From NCBI GenBank assembly GCA_963735395.1, contig CAVTKV010000013.1, positions 23,861 to 87,860 on the forward strand: a stretch of 64,000 bases of DNA. The letters run 5' to 3'. The first letter of the stretch is position 1. Each line of letters begins with the position of its first letter. The notes under the pieces are model-generated. The model saw nothing but the letters and a program-made list of their open reading frames with translations, ran no database searches and had not been told where the DNA came from. The translations under genes and the position numbers were made by a program. Shown here piece after piece: positions 9,730 to 19,415 of the stretch. This DNA comes from an uncultured Acidimicrobiales bacterium (lineage in GTDB: Bacteria > Actinomycetota > Acidimicrobiia > Acidimicrobiales > VFJN01).

Positions 9730-9804
9730 CAGGCCGGCTGTCGCACGCGACCTGGCGCAGACCGGCTCTCGTGCCAGACCGACGCGGTATCAAACCGGCT
9801 GTGG
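9730..9804 (+). promoter_or_regulatory. three direct repeats of a 14-bp motif CARRCCGGCTSTSG (starts at about 9730, 9758 and 9791) in the divergent S8-protease / membrane-protein intergenic region
   Basis: caggccggctgtcg / cagaccggctctcg / caaaccggctgtgg are read directly. Spacing is about 28-33 bp. Confidence 0.4.
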
Positions 9805-9860
9805 GCGGTCTCATTGTGTGTGGACGCCGCAGCCCAGGGCGAGGACGGCGGAGGTGGCGC

Positions 9861-12164
9861 ATGTCGGACATAGGCGATCACGCCGCGGCGGCTCGGCCCC
9901 GCGGTCGAGTCTTCGGGCGCAGACCCAAGGACGACTCCAGCATCTCGAAGGACCCCCGAGCCGCGTACGACGAGACGTTCGAGATCGAGCCGGACAAGCA
10001 GTACCTGGTCCACAACCGGACGCCGAACCGCATCCGGGTCCACGACAACGACTACGGCGATCTCTGCCTGGCGCCCCTGGCGCGGCGGGAGTTCGACGGC
10101 AAGCGGCTCGCTCCCTTCGCCCGCCATCTGCGCCCGCTGCGGCAGCGGCACCAGCTGCGCGTGCGCGACTGCACCTCCACCGCCACGTCCGTCTGGTGCC
10201 GGTTCGTCGTGTGGCTCGTGGCGCTGGCCGCCCTCGTTGCCGTCGTCGTCGACGTCCTCGTGTACGGCACCCTGTGCCGGGCCGAGGCCATCGCGACGAC
10301 GTCGGTGTTCGCCGCCGTCGTTCTCGTCGTCCTGCTCCTGGCTGCACACCGCGAGCACGGACGCGTCAAGGAGGCCCGCATCGCCGACACCGAGGAAGGT
10401 GACGTCGAGTTCGGCCTCGGCGACGCCTATACCGACGGCAACGACACCGTCCGGCGGACGAAGTACATCACCATGCTGCTGGTCGTGATCGTGGTGGGGG
10501 CAGTCCTTCCGGCCATCGCCATCTTCGTCGCCACGGACGCCAAGAGCTTCCTCGTCATGGAGGGCGGCCTCCACGTGAAGCAGGGGCTGGAGAGCCGGCT
10601 GGTGTCGAGGCTCGTCCAGGTCGTCTACACCGCGGTGCTCTCGCTGTTCCCGGCGCTCATGTACTTCCAGTTCGACCGCCAGCGGGTCGGCACCATCCGG
10701 GGCGGGTGGGTCCGGGCCATCTTCCGCATGGACCCGCAGATGGAGACGATGGCCGACATCGACGCCCACTACGGCGACCGGCTGGGCGAGGCGTCGAGCT
10801 TCTCGACCGACTCCGTGCGCTTCCTGGGCGGGCGCTACTCGCCGATCATCGTGGCCACGATCCTCATCAGCCTGGGTTGGACCCTTCTCATCCTCCCCAC
10901 GAAGTCGTTCGACTTCGCCGGCTCCAACGAGCTCTCGACCGTGGCGGCCGCCGCCGATTCGGCCTCCGAGCGGGCGCAGGCGGCGGCGGGGGACGGGTCC
11001 GCGACCGACACCCAGGCCGCCGCCGCCGAGGCGGACCGGAACCGCAACGCGGCCGAGGCCATCGCCGCCGAGAGCACCGGCTCATCGACCACGTCGACGA
11101 GCCAGCCAGACCTTCCGGAGGACGTCGACCAGGCCGCCGCCGCCGCCGAGGCGGCCGCCGCGGACGCCCGAGAGTCCGAAGAGAGTGTGCAGCTCTCGTT
11201 CTTCCAGCTGCTCGACCCGACACCCAGCGCGGCCACCATGGCGTTCCTCGGCGCCTACTTCTTCGCCGTCTTCCTGGTGCTACGCGGCTACTTCCAAGGT
11301 GACCTGCGACCCAAGCTCTACAACCAGATCACGGCCCGGCTGGTGACGGTCGTCGTGCTCGCCTACCTGATCAACGTGTTGCTCAAACCCTCCGGGGTGG
11401 AGGAGAACCTATGGTGGGCCATCGCCTTCCTGGCCGGCGTGGTCCCCATCACGGTGCTGCAGGGCTTCGGCCTGCTGATGTCGTCGGTGCTCGGCGACCT
11501 TCCCGGCAAGAGGGTCGAATGGTTGCGAAAGGCGTTCGCCAAGACGTTCGCGACACCCCGGGCGCTGACCCAGATCGACGGCATCGACATCTACGAGAGC
11601 GCCCGGCTCGAGTCCGAGGGGATCAGCGACGTCCCGTCGCTGGCCAAGACTGACCTGGTGTCGATGATGGTCAACACCCGCATGCCGGTGGAGCGCCTGG
11701 TCGACTGGTCCGACCAAGCCATGCTCGTGCTGCTGGTGGACGAGGGCGAGAACGACGACACCCGGGGCGGCAAGGGCCGGAAGGTCGACGGCCAGCACCG
11801 CGAGGCGAAGCCCGATCAGTCAGCTGCGCAGCATCGGGATCCGGCGAGGCGAAGCCGGATCAGCCAGCTGCGCAGCATGGGGATCCGCACGGCCTCAAGC
11901 CTGCTGGCCGTCGCCCAGGATGCCGATCAGCAAGACCGGTGCGCCGCCGCCGCCAAGATCCTCGGCGGGGACCCGCTGCTGAGGGGACTGGCCTGCCAGA
12001 TCGAGAAGGAGCCGTCGACCCGACGCATCCAGCATTGGCGCGAGGCCGAGCTGACCGACCTGTGCATCAGGCGTCCCCTCATCAAGGCGGGCCACGACCT
12101 GCCCTCCGATCCCCGCACGGTGGCCGGCAACGGGTCGCGCAGCACACGGGTGCCTACGCCGTAG
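9861..12164 (+). CDS. large polytopic membrane protein of unknown function (about 767 aa) with a central Ala/Asp/Glu-rich low-complexity linker
   Basis: ATG at 9861 preceded by GGAGGTG. There are 8 or more hydrophobic helices, a roughly 110-aa cytoplasmic N-domain and a C-terminal soluble domain (...IDGIDIYESARLESEGISDVPSLAKTDLVSMM...). It contains an out-of-frame 44-bp tandem duplication at 11800-11887. Confidence 0.75.
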   Translation: MSDIGDHAAAARPRGRVFGRRPKDDSSISKDPRAAYDETFEIEPDKQYLVHNRTPNRIRVHDNDYGDLCLAPLARREFDGKRLAPFARHLRPLRQRHQLRVRDCTSTATSVWCRFVVWLVALAALVAVVVDVLVYGTLCRAEAIATTSVFAAVVLVVLLLAAHREHGRVKEARIADTEEGDVEFGLGDAYTDGNDTVRRTKYITMLLVVIVVGAVLPAIAIFVATDAKSFLVMEGGLHVKQGLESRLVSRLVQVVYTAVLSLFPALMYFQFDRQRVGTIRGGWVRAIFRMDPQMETMADIDAHYGDRLGEASSFSTDSVRFLGGRYSPIIVATILISLGWTLLILPTKSFDFAGSNELSTVAAAADSASERAQAAAGDGSATDTQAAAAEADRNRNAAEAIAAESTGSSTTSTSQPDLPEDVDQAAAAAEAAAADARESEESVQLSFFQLLDPTPSAATMAFLGAYFFAVFLVLRGYFQGDLRPKLYNQITARLVTVVVLAYLINVLLKPSGVEENLWWAIAFLAGVVPITVLQGFGLLMSSVLGDLPGKRVEWLRKAFAKTFATPRALTQIDGIDIYESARLESEGISDVPSLAKTDLVSMMVNTRMPVERLVDWSDQAMLVLLVDEGENDDTRGGKGRKVDGQHREAKPDQSAAQHRDPARRSRISQLRSMGIRTASSLLAVAQDADQQDRCAAAAKILGGDPLLRGLACQIEKEPSTRRIQHWREAELTDLCIRRPLIKAGHDLPSDPRTVAGNGSRSTRVPTP
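11800..11887 (+). repeat. 44-bp tandem duplication (2 copies, 41 of 44 identical) inside the 9861..12164 CDS, not a multiple of 3
   Basis: gcgaggcgaagcccgatcagtcagctgcgcagcatcgggatccg / gcgaggcgaagccggatcagccagctgcgcagcatggggatccg. The copies are translated in different frames (REAKPDQSAAQHRDP vs ARRSRISQLRSMGIR). Confidence 0.8.
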
Positions 12165-12198
12165 CAACCGTCCATCGCTGTCAAGGATGTGTTGCCTG

Positions 12199-12214
12199 TG
12201 TGCGCGCGGGCACA
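12199..12214 (+). promoter_or_regulatory. CRP/FNR-type palindrome TGTGC-N6-GCACA upstream of the ECF sigma gene
   Basis: TGTGCGCGCGGGCACA is seen about 57 bp upstream of ATG 12271. The architecture matches the TGTGA-N6-TCACA family. A Crp/Fnr regulator is encoded immediately downstream at 13070. Confidence 0.4.
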
Positions 12215-12270
12215 CACGGTGCGTGCCCGTGGGCGACGACTTGGGGGCGGATGTGTGGTGCGGTGCTCGC

Positions 12271-12876
12271 ATGACGCGGAACAGGCCAGACGAGGACGAG
12301 ACCACCAGCGGAGACGGCGCGCAGATCGCCGACATGTTGCTGCGAGCACGAGCCGGCGACCAAACCGCGATCGGGGAGATCGTCGAACGGTGCACCCCGA
12401 TGTTGCGATCCCTCGCCCGTCGGTATGTGGCCAACGCCGCCGAGGTCGACGACGTCATGCAGGACGTGTGGGTCACGTTCGTGCAGAACCTCGATCGCAT
12501 CCACGAACCAGCCGCCACCCGCGGATGGCTGGTGCGGGTGCTGACCCACACGGCGTGGCGCGCCCAGAGCCGGGCCAGGCGGTGCGTGCCCACCGCTGAC
12601 GTGGGCGAAGGCGCTGCCCACCATGACACCGAGGACGCCGCGCTACGCCGAGTGTGGTGCGAGGAGCTGCGCGCACGGCTGGCACCTGCGCTGCGTGCCC
12701 TTCGGGCCGACGACCGGCGCCTGGTCGTGTTGCTGGCGGGAGAGCGGCAGCCGGACTACCGCACGGTGAGCAAGCTGGTCAACCGTCCCATCGGCAGCAT
12801 CGGCCCGACACGTCAGCGGGCGCTGGAGCGCCTGCGCCGCCAGCCGTCGCTGGCCGACGCTGGTCCCGCCGCCTGA
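12271..12876 (+). CDS. ECF-type RNA polymerase sigma-70 factor
   Basis: Region 2 (LLRARAGDQTAIGEIVERCTPMLRSLARRYV...DVMQDVWVTFVQ) and region 4 (LRALRADDRRLVVLLAGE...YRTVSKL...GSIGPTRQRALERLRR). ATG at 12271. Confidence 0.85.
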   Translation: MTRNRPDEDETTSGDGAQIADMLLRARAGDQTAIGEIVERCTPMLRSLARRYVANAAEVDDVMQDVWVTFVQNLDRIHEPAATRGWLVRVLTHTAWRAQSRARRCVPTADVGEGAAHHDTEDAALRRVWCEELRARLAPALRALRADDRRLVVLLAGERQPDYRTVSKLVNRPIGSIGPTRQRALERLRRQPSLADAGPAA

Positions 12877-13069
12877 CGTCTGCTCATCGCGCGGCGCCTC
12901 CGGACGTAACCGATCCGGCGACAGGAACGGGAGCGCGGCTCCTGATCCATCGTCGTCCTCACGGCGGGGCTACGCTGTCACGACGCGTGAGCCGTTCCCG
13001 ACGGGGCGTGAGGAGGCGCGATGAGGGTAAAGGGGCCCGCGGTCCGGGTTGCGACGATCGTGACCGCTG

Positions 13070-13729
13070 GTGCTCGACCTGCTGGGTGAGCGCGAGCGCC
13101 GCGCCCTGCTCCGGGTGGGGATCAGACGGCGGTTCTCTCGGGGCGAGGTGGTGTTCCACGAGGGCGACCCCGGCGACTCGCTCCACATCGTGACCAACGG
13201 CGCGTTCATCGCTCGTACCTCGTCGACGATGGGTGAAGTGATCGCGGTGAACGTGTTCGGCGCAGGCGACTTCTTCGGGGAGATGGTCCTGCTCAATCCC
13301 GGCGCCCGGCGCTCCGCGACCGTCGTCTCCCATGGCCGCGGGGCGACGCTGATGATCGGCCGCGGGCACTTCGAGGCATTGAGGGCCGGAGACACCAACG
13401 TCGACCGCGTCCTCCTCTCGGTGCTGGCCGAGCGCAACCGCGCGCTCACAGCACAATTGGTGGAGCTGCTGTCCACCCCGGTCGAGCAGAGAGTCTGCCG
13501 GCAGTTGCTGGCGTTCTCACAGGCGGTCGCGGCGACGTCCCCTGGCGGGTGGGTGACCCTCAACCAGGCCGACCTGGCCACACTTGCCGGCACAACCCGC
13601 TCGACCGTCAACCGGGTGCTTCGCCGGGCCCAGGACCGGGGCATGGTCGAACTGGCCCGTGGTCGCATCCACCTGGTGGACGAGCCGGCTCTCCGCCTGC
13701 GCGCTCAGGCGACGGCCCGACTCCAGTGA
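13070..13729 (+). CDS. Crp/Fnr-family transcriptional regulator (cNMP-binding domain plus C-terminal HTH)
   Basis: cNMP-binding motifs FFGEMVLLNPGARRSATVV and a C-terminal HTH (LATLAGTTRSTVNRVLRRAQDRGMVEL). GTG start. Confidence 0.85.
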   Translation: MLDLLGERERRALLRVGIRRRFSRGEVVFHEGDPGDSLHIVTNGAFIARTSSTMGEVIAVNVFGAGDFFGEMVLLNPGARRSATVVSHGRGATLMIGRGHFEALRAGDTNVDRVLLSVLAERNRALTAQLVELLSTPVEQRVCRQLLAFSQAVAATSPGGWVTLNQADLATLAGTTRSTVNRVLRRAQDRGMVELARGRIHLVDEPALRLRAQATARLQ

Positions 13730-13794
13730 TGGCTCTTGCCGTTCTGCCCCTGCCCCGGGCGCTGTGCGGTGGGACTGGGCCACGCCGTGGCCCT

Positions 13795-15528
13795 CTAGGC
13801 GTGCTCGACATCCCTGGTCGGAGCCAACAGCACCGAGCAGTCGTCATGCGAGGCGGGCGCATCCGAGTCTGGGACCGTGGAGCCGGGCGGGAGGCCGTCG
13901 ACGAACGAGGGCGGCCTGGCGGGGTACCGGTTGAGGTAGCACGAGATGAGCCGGGCGAGCTGCCGTTGGCCTTGCGCGTTGGGATGGAACGTCGCCCCAT
14001 CGATCGGGTTCAGCAGTTGCAGCGCTGGCTTCACGGCGTAGGTGTACTGGCCTGAGTCGCCACACGGCTCGTGCCCGTTCCAGGCGGCTGCCGGTGAGAC
14101 GAAGTCGAGTCCCGCCTCGTGCGATACGCCATACAGCATGGTGTTGAGGTCGTTTGTGAGCGTCCGGAGGGTGTCGCGTTCGCCTTCGTCGACCTTGCGT
14201 AGCACGCTCGCACAGTCCCGTTGGAGGGGATTGAGGGGTGCGCCGCCTGACGGGAAGAGGTACGGGTATCCGACGACGATGATTCGGGCGTTCGGGTACG
14301 TGTCGACGAGATTGTCGTAGACACGCTCCAAGTTGCCGGACAGGCCGTCCATCGCCGAGCGGGCCCAGACGGTGAGGTTCGCGGCGTCGGGAAGGTCGAT
14401 CGTGGTTCTCCCGACCTTGACGTCTGGGGGTTCGAAGGTCTCTTCGGCGCAATCCGTGTAGATGACGCACAGCTGCACGACCGCCGAGAAGACGACGTCG
14501 TTCCCGCCGACGGTGATGGTGACGAGGTCGACGTCGGGCTGGGGCGAGGGGTGGATCTGTGGCTCGTGGCCGCCGACGATGCCGAGGTCGACGTCGTGGG
14601 TCACAGCGCCCGAGCATGCACGAAACGTACGTTGCACCTCATGGCCGAACTCGAGCAGAAGCGGGTACGCCTCTGGCGAGCGATGGCAGCCGGGTTGCGG
14701 GCTGGGAAGGAAGGGCTTCAGCCCTTCGCCGGCCGAGTACGAGTCACCGAGCGCGACGTAGCTGTCGTAGCTCGACCCACGGATCGTCGGGATGGCGATG
14801 GGATCGTCGTCCTGATCGTTCTGGCGCCACGCCGCGAGCCCGCCCAGGACGAGCAGGGGCACCGTGGCCCCGATCGCCACCCCCCGCACGATGTCCAGCG
14901 CGATCGAGGCGCGGTTGGCGGCCGGGGCTTTGGTCAGATGCTCGGGTGATGCAGCAGCCCACATCAACGCCAGGAAGGACGCGAACGCGAGCACACAGAG
15001 CACGGAGTACAGGATCTGGTCGGGGGGATCGAGGGGCGCACGCCACACGAACCGGTCGATCTCGACGAGCAGCACGGAGAGCCAGCCGATGTTGATGAGC
15101 CATTTCAACCACGGCCACACCAGTGGGCCCGGCTTCGGGTCACCCATATGGGTCGCCAGTCGTCGAAGTTCGTCGTACAGCTGGAAGCAGAAGATGCCCA
15201 GGCACCCGTGCGCGGCGATGGCGAGCACCAGGAGCAGCGGGTTCCCCAAGGGAATGTCGAGGGCGACCCACACGACGATGAGCGCGCCGACCGACATCGC
15301 TCCCCACCAGCGCCCTGGCACAGCCCTGGCAAGCCCCCAGATCCAGGAGACGCCACGACTCTTGTGGGGGATCGGACGGGCCTGGCCATCCACGGGTGCT
15401 GTCGCCGTCGTGCCGTCCGGCTCGCCGCCCGCGTCGGGGTGAGCTTCGGTTCCCTCGTGCTGCTCTGTCGCGGCATATGGACTGTCGATCTGACTCGTCG
15501 GTTCGGTGCCCGCCATGTCATCGGTCAT
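13795..15528 (-). CDS. membrane-anchored SGNH/GDSL-family hydrolase (lipase/esterase)
   Basis: GDSYSAGEG (block I, catalytic Ser), a GGND block and a C-terminal DxxH-like region. The N-terminus has several TM helices. ATG at 15528 with a GGAGAGGAA RBS. Confidence 0.85.
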   Translation of the reverse strand: MTDDMAGTEPTSQIDSPYAATEQHEGTEAHPDAGGEPDGTTATAPVDGQARPIPHKSRGVSWIWGLARAVPGRWWGAMSVGALIVVWVALDIPLGNPLLLVLAIAAHGCLGIFCFQLYDELRRLATHMGDPKPGPLVWPWLKWLINIGWLSVLLVEIDRFVWRAPLDPPDQILYSVLCVLAFASFLALMWAAASPEHLTKAPAANRASIALDIVRGVAIGATVPLLVLGGLAAWRQNDQDDDPIAIPTIRGSSYDSYVALGDSYSAGEGLKPFLPSPQPGCHRSPEAYPLLLEFGHEVQRTFRACSGAVTHDVDLGIVGGHEPQIHPSPQPDVDLVTITVGGNDVVFSAVVQLCVIYTDCAEETFEPPDVKVGRTTIDLPDAANLTVWARSAMDGLSGNLERVYDNLVDTYPNARIIVVGYPYLFPSGGAPLNPLQRDCASVLRKVDEGERDTLRTLTNDLNTMLYGVSHEAGLDFVSPAAAWNGHEPCGDSGQYTYAVKPALQLLNPIDGATFHPNAQGQRQLARLISCYLNRYPARPPSFVDGLPPGSTVPDSDAPASHDDCSVLLAPTRDVEHA

Positions 15529-15712
15529 CGTGAACGTTCCTCTCCGATCCGCGAGCCGTGCCCCGCACGCAGAGCGGGGCGACGCCGCCCAGAAGGAGGC
15601 ACACGGGTCGGCAGGAGATACACGTGCGAGCGGATGACCGGGCGTCGTCACTGAGTAAACCGGCGCGCTGCCGAGTGGGATCACCCTGCCGGCCCTCCGT
15701 CGTGTCCGCGAA

Positions 15713-16604
15713 TCACGCGGTGCCGAGGACCCGTCCGATCTCGGCGGCGATCTCGTCGGGCGCTTCGAGGTCCACGAAGTGACCGACGTGCGGGAGCGGC
15801 CGCCACTCGACCTTGCAGCCCGCATCCCGACTGCTCTTCCTGGCCACCGGGGCAGGCAGGGCGCCGTCCTGCATCCCCCACAGCATCGTGACCGGGACGG
15901 TGACCGGTGTCTCGTAGATGCGGTAGAGCTCCCGGCGCCGCCCCGGCACCAGCAGTCTGGCGACGAAGGCGCGGTAGTAGTCGATCGGCCCGCGCAGGTC
16001 GGCGGCGTGCCGGAACCGGCCGACGATCTCGTCGACCAGCCGGCGGTCCATCGAGCCCGGCCGACCCTCCCGGACCGTGAACGACCACCGCAGGAACCTC
16101 CGGCCCAGGCGGGTCGTCAGCAGGAACTCGGGGAGCCAGGGGATCTGGAACGGCAGGACCCATGGGATGCGCAGCGGCTGCAGGTGATCGAACGTCAGCG
16201 CCGCCCGTACCAGGGTCTTCGTGTGGGTGCAGTTGATCACCACCAGCCCACTGATCAGGTCGGAGTAGCGGTGGGCGAAGATCCAGCCGAGGCCGCCACC
16301 CCAGTCGTGGGTGACGAGCAGGGGCCGGTCGAGGCCCAGCACCTCGATCAGCGCCTTGACGTCGTCGGTCAGCGTGATGACGTCGGATCGACCCTTCGGC
16401 GGCGTCCGTTCCGGGATAGCCGCGCAGCGTCGGTGCGACCACACGGCAGTCGTCCACCTGTTCCATGACCGCCCGCCAGCTCATCCACCCCTCGGGGAAG
16501 CCGTGCAGGCACAGGACCGTCGGCGCGGTCGCCGGCCCCGACGCCGCCACGTGGAAGGTGATGCCGTTCGCCTCCACCTGCCGGTGTTCGATCGCGTGCG
16601 TCAC
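15713..16604 (-). pseudogene. alpha/beta hydrolase (haloalkane dehalogenase/epoxide hydrolase-like), split by a 1-nt frameshift
   Basis: The N-terminal part (VTHAIEHRQVEANGITFHVAASG...LCLHGFPEGWMSWR...RGYPGTDA) is in one frame. The continuation (...PKGRSDVITLTDDVKALIEVLGLDRPLLVTHDWGGG...) is in another. The shift is near 16385-16400 (gacgccgcc). Confidence 0.7.
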
Positions 16605-16754
16605 TACACCACCGAGGCGCGCGGGAGTGCCGCGGATACAAACGTCCGGCGGCAACGGTCTGGTCGGCCGTCACGCCAGATCATGTATTCGTGATGGCGG
16701 CTCGGGCTCTGTACCCACGAGGACGTCCCCACCGGTACGCCCGGCACCCGTCTG

Positions 16755-17138
16755 ATGGGAGGGCTCGTGCTCAGTCGTCGCAGCGCACGCCACGGGTTGT
16801 CGGTCGTCCGGATCGTCAACGGAACGCTCGGACTCGTCGCACCCGCCCTGTTGATCAAGCGCCTGGACCCGGACCGGGAGCCGAGCCCCGCCGCCGTCTA
16901 CGCCTTCAGGCTGTTCGGCATCCGCACGCTGCTGCTCGGCATCGACCTGCTGGTACGGCCGGAGGCCGAGATCCGTCGCGCCCTGCGCGAGGGGGTCGTC
17001 ATCCATGGCAGCGACGTGGCCACCGTCGTGCTGCTCGGGCTCCGGCACAAGATCCCGCACCGCACCGCCGTCGTGACGGCGCTCATCTCGGGCACCAACG
17101 TCGCCCTGGCCCTGACCGGCATGGAGCCGGAGCCGTGA
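16755..17138 (+). CDS. small integral membrane protein (first gene of the coupled heme-enzyme operon)
   Basis: 127 aa with 3-4 hydrophobic helices. Its TGA stop at 17136-17138 overlaps the GTG start of the peroxidase gene at 17135-17137. Confidence 0.6.
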   Translation: MGGLVLSRRSARHGLSVVRIVNGTLGLVAPALLIKRLDPDREPSPAAVYAFRLFGIRTLLLGIDLLVRPEAEIRRALREGVVIHGSDVATVVLLGLRHKIPHRTAVVTALISGTNVALALTGMEPEP

Positions 17139-18946
17139 GCGCGGCCCACCGTGCGACCCCGTTCTGGCGGGCCTACACCGCTCTGGCCGAGCGCGTCGAC
17201 CACGCGGTCGGGTGGGACCGGCTGCCCACGCCGCTCGGGTTGCTCACCCTCATCGGACTGCGGACCAAGCTGCGCCAGCAGAACCTCGTCGACACCACGG
17301 CCCTGCCGGCCGTCGACGTCCCGCCGGTCGGGGCGCCGGGCCCGCGCCACGTGACGAGCCGCGCCCCGGACGGTTCCTACAACGATCTGGAGTCGCCGGC
17401 CATGGGCCGCGCCGGGTCACGGTTCGGTAGGAACATCCCCCTCGACAGCATCGTGGACGTCACGGCCGACGAGGTGCTCACCCCCAGCCCCCGCGAGGTG
17501 AGCCGGGCGTTGATGACCCGGACCGAGTTCGTACCGGCCACGTCGGTCAACTCGCTGGTGGCGGCCTGGCTCCAGTTCATGATCCGCGACTGGTTCAGCC
17601 ACGGGACCAGCCCGGTCGACAACCCCTGGGTCGTGCCGCTCGCCGCCGACGATCCCTGGCCCGAGTCCCCGATGACGATCATGCGCACCCCCGAGGACCC
17701 AACGCGCCCGCCCGACGCCCGCGGCATGCCCCAGACCCGCGTCAACGTGCTCACGCACTGGTGGGACGGGTCGCAGGTGTACGGAACCGGTGCCGACGAA
17801 CAGCGGGCCTTGCGCAGCGGCACCGACGGCAAGCTGCGCGTCCGCGACGACGGGCAGCTGCCCCTGCCGACCGATCCCGACCACGACCCGTCCCGGGAGC
17901 CCGGGTTCTGGGTCGGCCTGCTCATGCTGCAGACGATCTTCGCGCTCGAGCACAACGCCATCTGCGACCACCTGCATGCGGCCTACCCGTCGTGGGACGA
18001 CGACGAGCTGTTCGAGCGGGCCCGGCTCGTCAACGCCGCGCTCATCGCCAAGATCCACACGGTCGAGTGGACGCCGGCGGTCATCAGCCACCCGACCACG
18101 AAGGCGGCGCTGCGGGCCAACTGGTTCGGCATCGCCGGCGAGCGCGTCCACCGGCTGTTCGGCCGCCTGTCTCGGGGCGAGGTGATCAGCGGCATCCCCG
18201 GCGGGGAGACCGACCACTACGGCGTGCCGTACAGCCTGACCGAGGAGTTCGTGGCCGTCTACCGGATGCACCCGCTCCTGCGCGACGACTGGCCGCTGCG
18301 CTCGGTGGCCGATGACGCCGTGCTCCAGGAGTGCACGTTCCGCGACCTGGCCGGGCCGCACGCGCTCGACGTCCTCGACAAGGTCTCCCTGACCGACCTC
18401 TTCTACTCGTTCGGCACGCTGCCCCCCGGGCTGGTCACGCTCTACAACTTCCCGAGGTTCCTCCAGGAGTTCGAACGCCCCGACGGTCACCTGCAGGACC
18501 TGGCGGCCACCGACATCCTGCGCACGCGCGAGCTGGGGGTGCCCCGCTACAACGAGTTCCGCCGGCTGCTCCACCTCGAGCCGGCCTCGGACTTCGAGAC
18601 GTTGACGGACAACCCGGGCTGGGCCGCGGAGATGCGCCGTGTCTACGACGGCGACGTCGAGCGGGTCGACCTCAGCATCGGCATGTTCGCGGAGCGCCGC
18701 CCCGAGGGCTTCGCCTTCAGCGACACAGCCTTCCGGGTCTTCATCCTGATGGCGTCGCGTCGCCTCAACAGCGATCGCTTCTTCACCGAGTACTACACCC
18801 CCGCCGTCTACACCCAGCAGGGGCTCGACTGGATCGACGACAACTCGATGGCGACCGTCCTGCTGCGCCACTACCCCCAGCTGCGGAGCTCGATGGCGGC
18901 GGCGGTCAACGCCTTCTCGCCGTGGACGCCTGCGGGCAGCGCGTGA
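17135..18946 (+). CDS. animal-type heme peroxidase / cyclooxygenase-like fatty-acid dioxygenase family protein
   Basis: About 603 aa matching the An_peroxidase fold: ...FMIRDWFSHG..., ...ALEHNAICDHL..., ...RLVNAALIAKIHTVEWTPAV..., ...LRTRELGVPRYNEFRR.... Confidence 0.9.
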   Translation: MSAAHRATPFWRAYTALAERVDHAVGWDRLPTPLGLLTLIGLRTKLRQQNLVDTTALPAVDVPPVGAPGPRHVTSRAPDGSYNDLESPAMGRAGSRFGRNIPLDSIVDVTADEVLTPSPREVSRALMTRTEFVPATSVNSLVAAWLQFMIRDWFSHGTSPVDNPWVVPLAADDPWPESPMTIMRTPEDPTRPPDARGMPQTRVNVLTHWWDGSQVYGTGADEQRALRSGTDGKLRVRDDGQLPLPTDPDHDPSREPGFWVGLLMLQTIFALEHNAICDHLHAAYPSWDDDELFERARLVNAALIAKIHTVEWTPAVISHPTTKAALRANWFGIAGERVHRLFGRLSRGEVISGIPGGETDHYGVPYSLTEEFVAVYRMHPLLRDDWPLRSVADDAVLQECTFRDLAGPHALDVLDKVSLTDLFYSFGTLPPGLVTLYNFPRFLQEFERPDGHLQDLAATDILRTRELGVPRYNEFRRLLHLEPASDFETLTDNPGWAAEMRRVYDGDVERVDLSIGMFAERRPEGFAFSDTAFRVFILMASRRLNSDRFFTEYYTPAVYTQQGLDWIDDNSMATVLLRHYPQLRSSMAAAVNAFSPWTPAGSA

Positions 18947-18964
18947 CCGCCGAAGGAGACACCC

Positions 18965-19402
18965 GTGATCGACTCTGACCAGATGATCTCGATGCGCCAG
19001 GACGACCTCGACGAGCTGTTCCGGTCCAGCCCGCCCGGCGACATCCCCCGGGGCAGGGGCCGGGGGACCGTGGTCTTCGCGCCGCATACCCTCGTCGGGC
19101 GCATCGCGGCGAAGCTGGCTTACCTCCTCGCCTGGAGGGGCAAAGTGTTCAACCCGCAGCGGAGCGACCTGCGCAACCTGATCTCGCCATTTGGTCTCCG
19201 CCTGATCCGGGCCCGCGTCTACGAGCAGGCCAGCTGGCTCGACGGCAGGCCGTGCATCGTCCTCGACTACTCGAAGACGTCGTTGGTGGCCAAGAAGATC
19301 CGGGACGAGATCCGCGAGGTCGGCGATGGTGTCTACCTCGGGTTGGTGTTCTGGGGCAGCCGCCTCGTCCTCAAGTTCACGCTCGAGTTCCCCCGGTCGT
19401 GA
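18965..19402 (+). CDS. hypothetical protein, GXWXG/DUF4334-like
   Basis: GTG start preceded by GAAGGAGA. The C-terminal ...IVLDYSKTSLVAKKIRDEIREVGDGVYLGLVFWGSRLVLKFTLE resembles DUF4334 (...YDhqPIiDhFR...lG...fFvL.R). Confidence 0.6.
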   Translation: MIDSDQMISMRQDDLDELFRSSPPGDIPRGRGRGTVVFAPHTLVGRIAAKLAYLLAWRGKVFNPQRSDLRNLISPFGLRLIRARVYEQASWLDGRPCIVLDYSKTSLVAKKIRDEIREVGDGVYLGLVFWGSRLVLKFTLEFPRS

Positions 19403-19415
19403 GGACCGGCGCAAC

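Noticed and set aside
9092-10769. ORFs 9092..10402 (+) and 9630..10769 (-) overlapping the S8 protease and the membrane-protein gene
   Set aside because: They lie on the opposite strand or frame of strongly supported genes, with junk composition.
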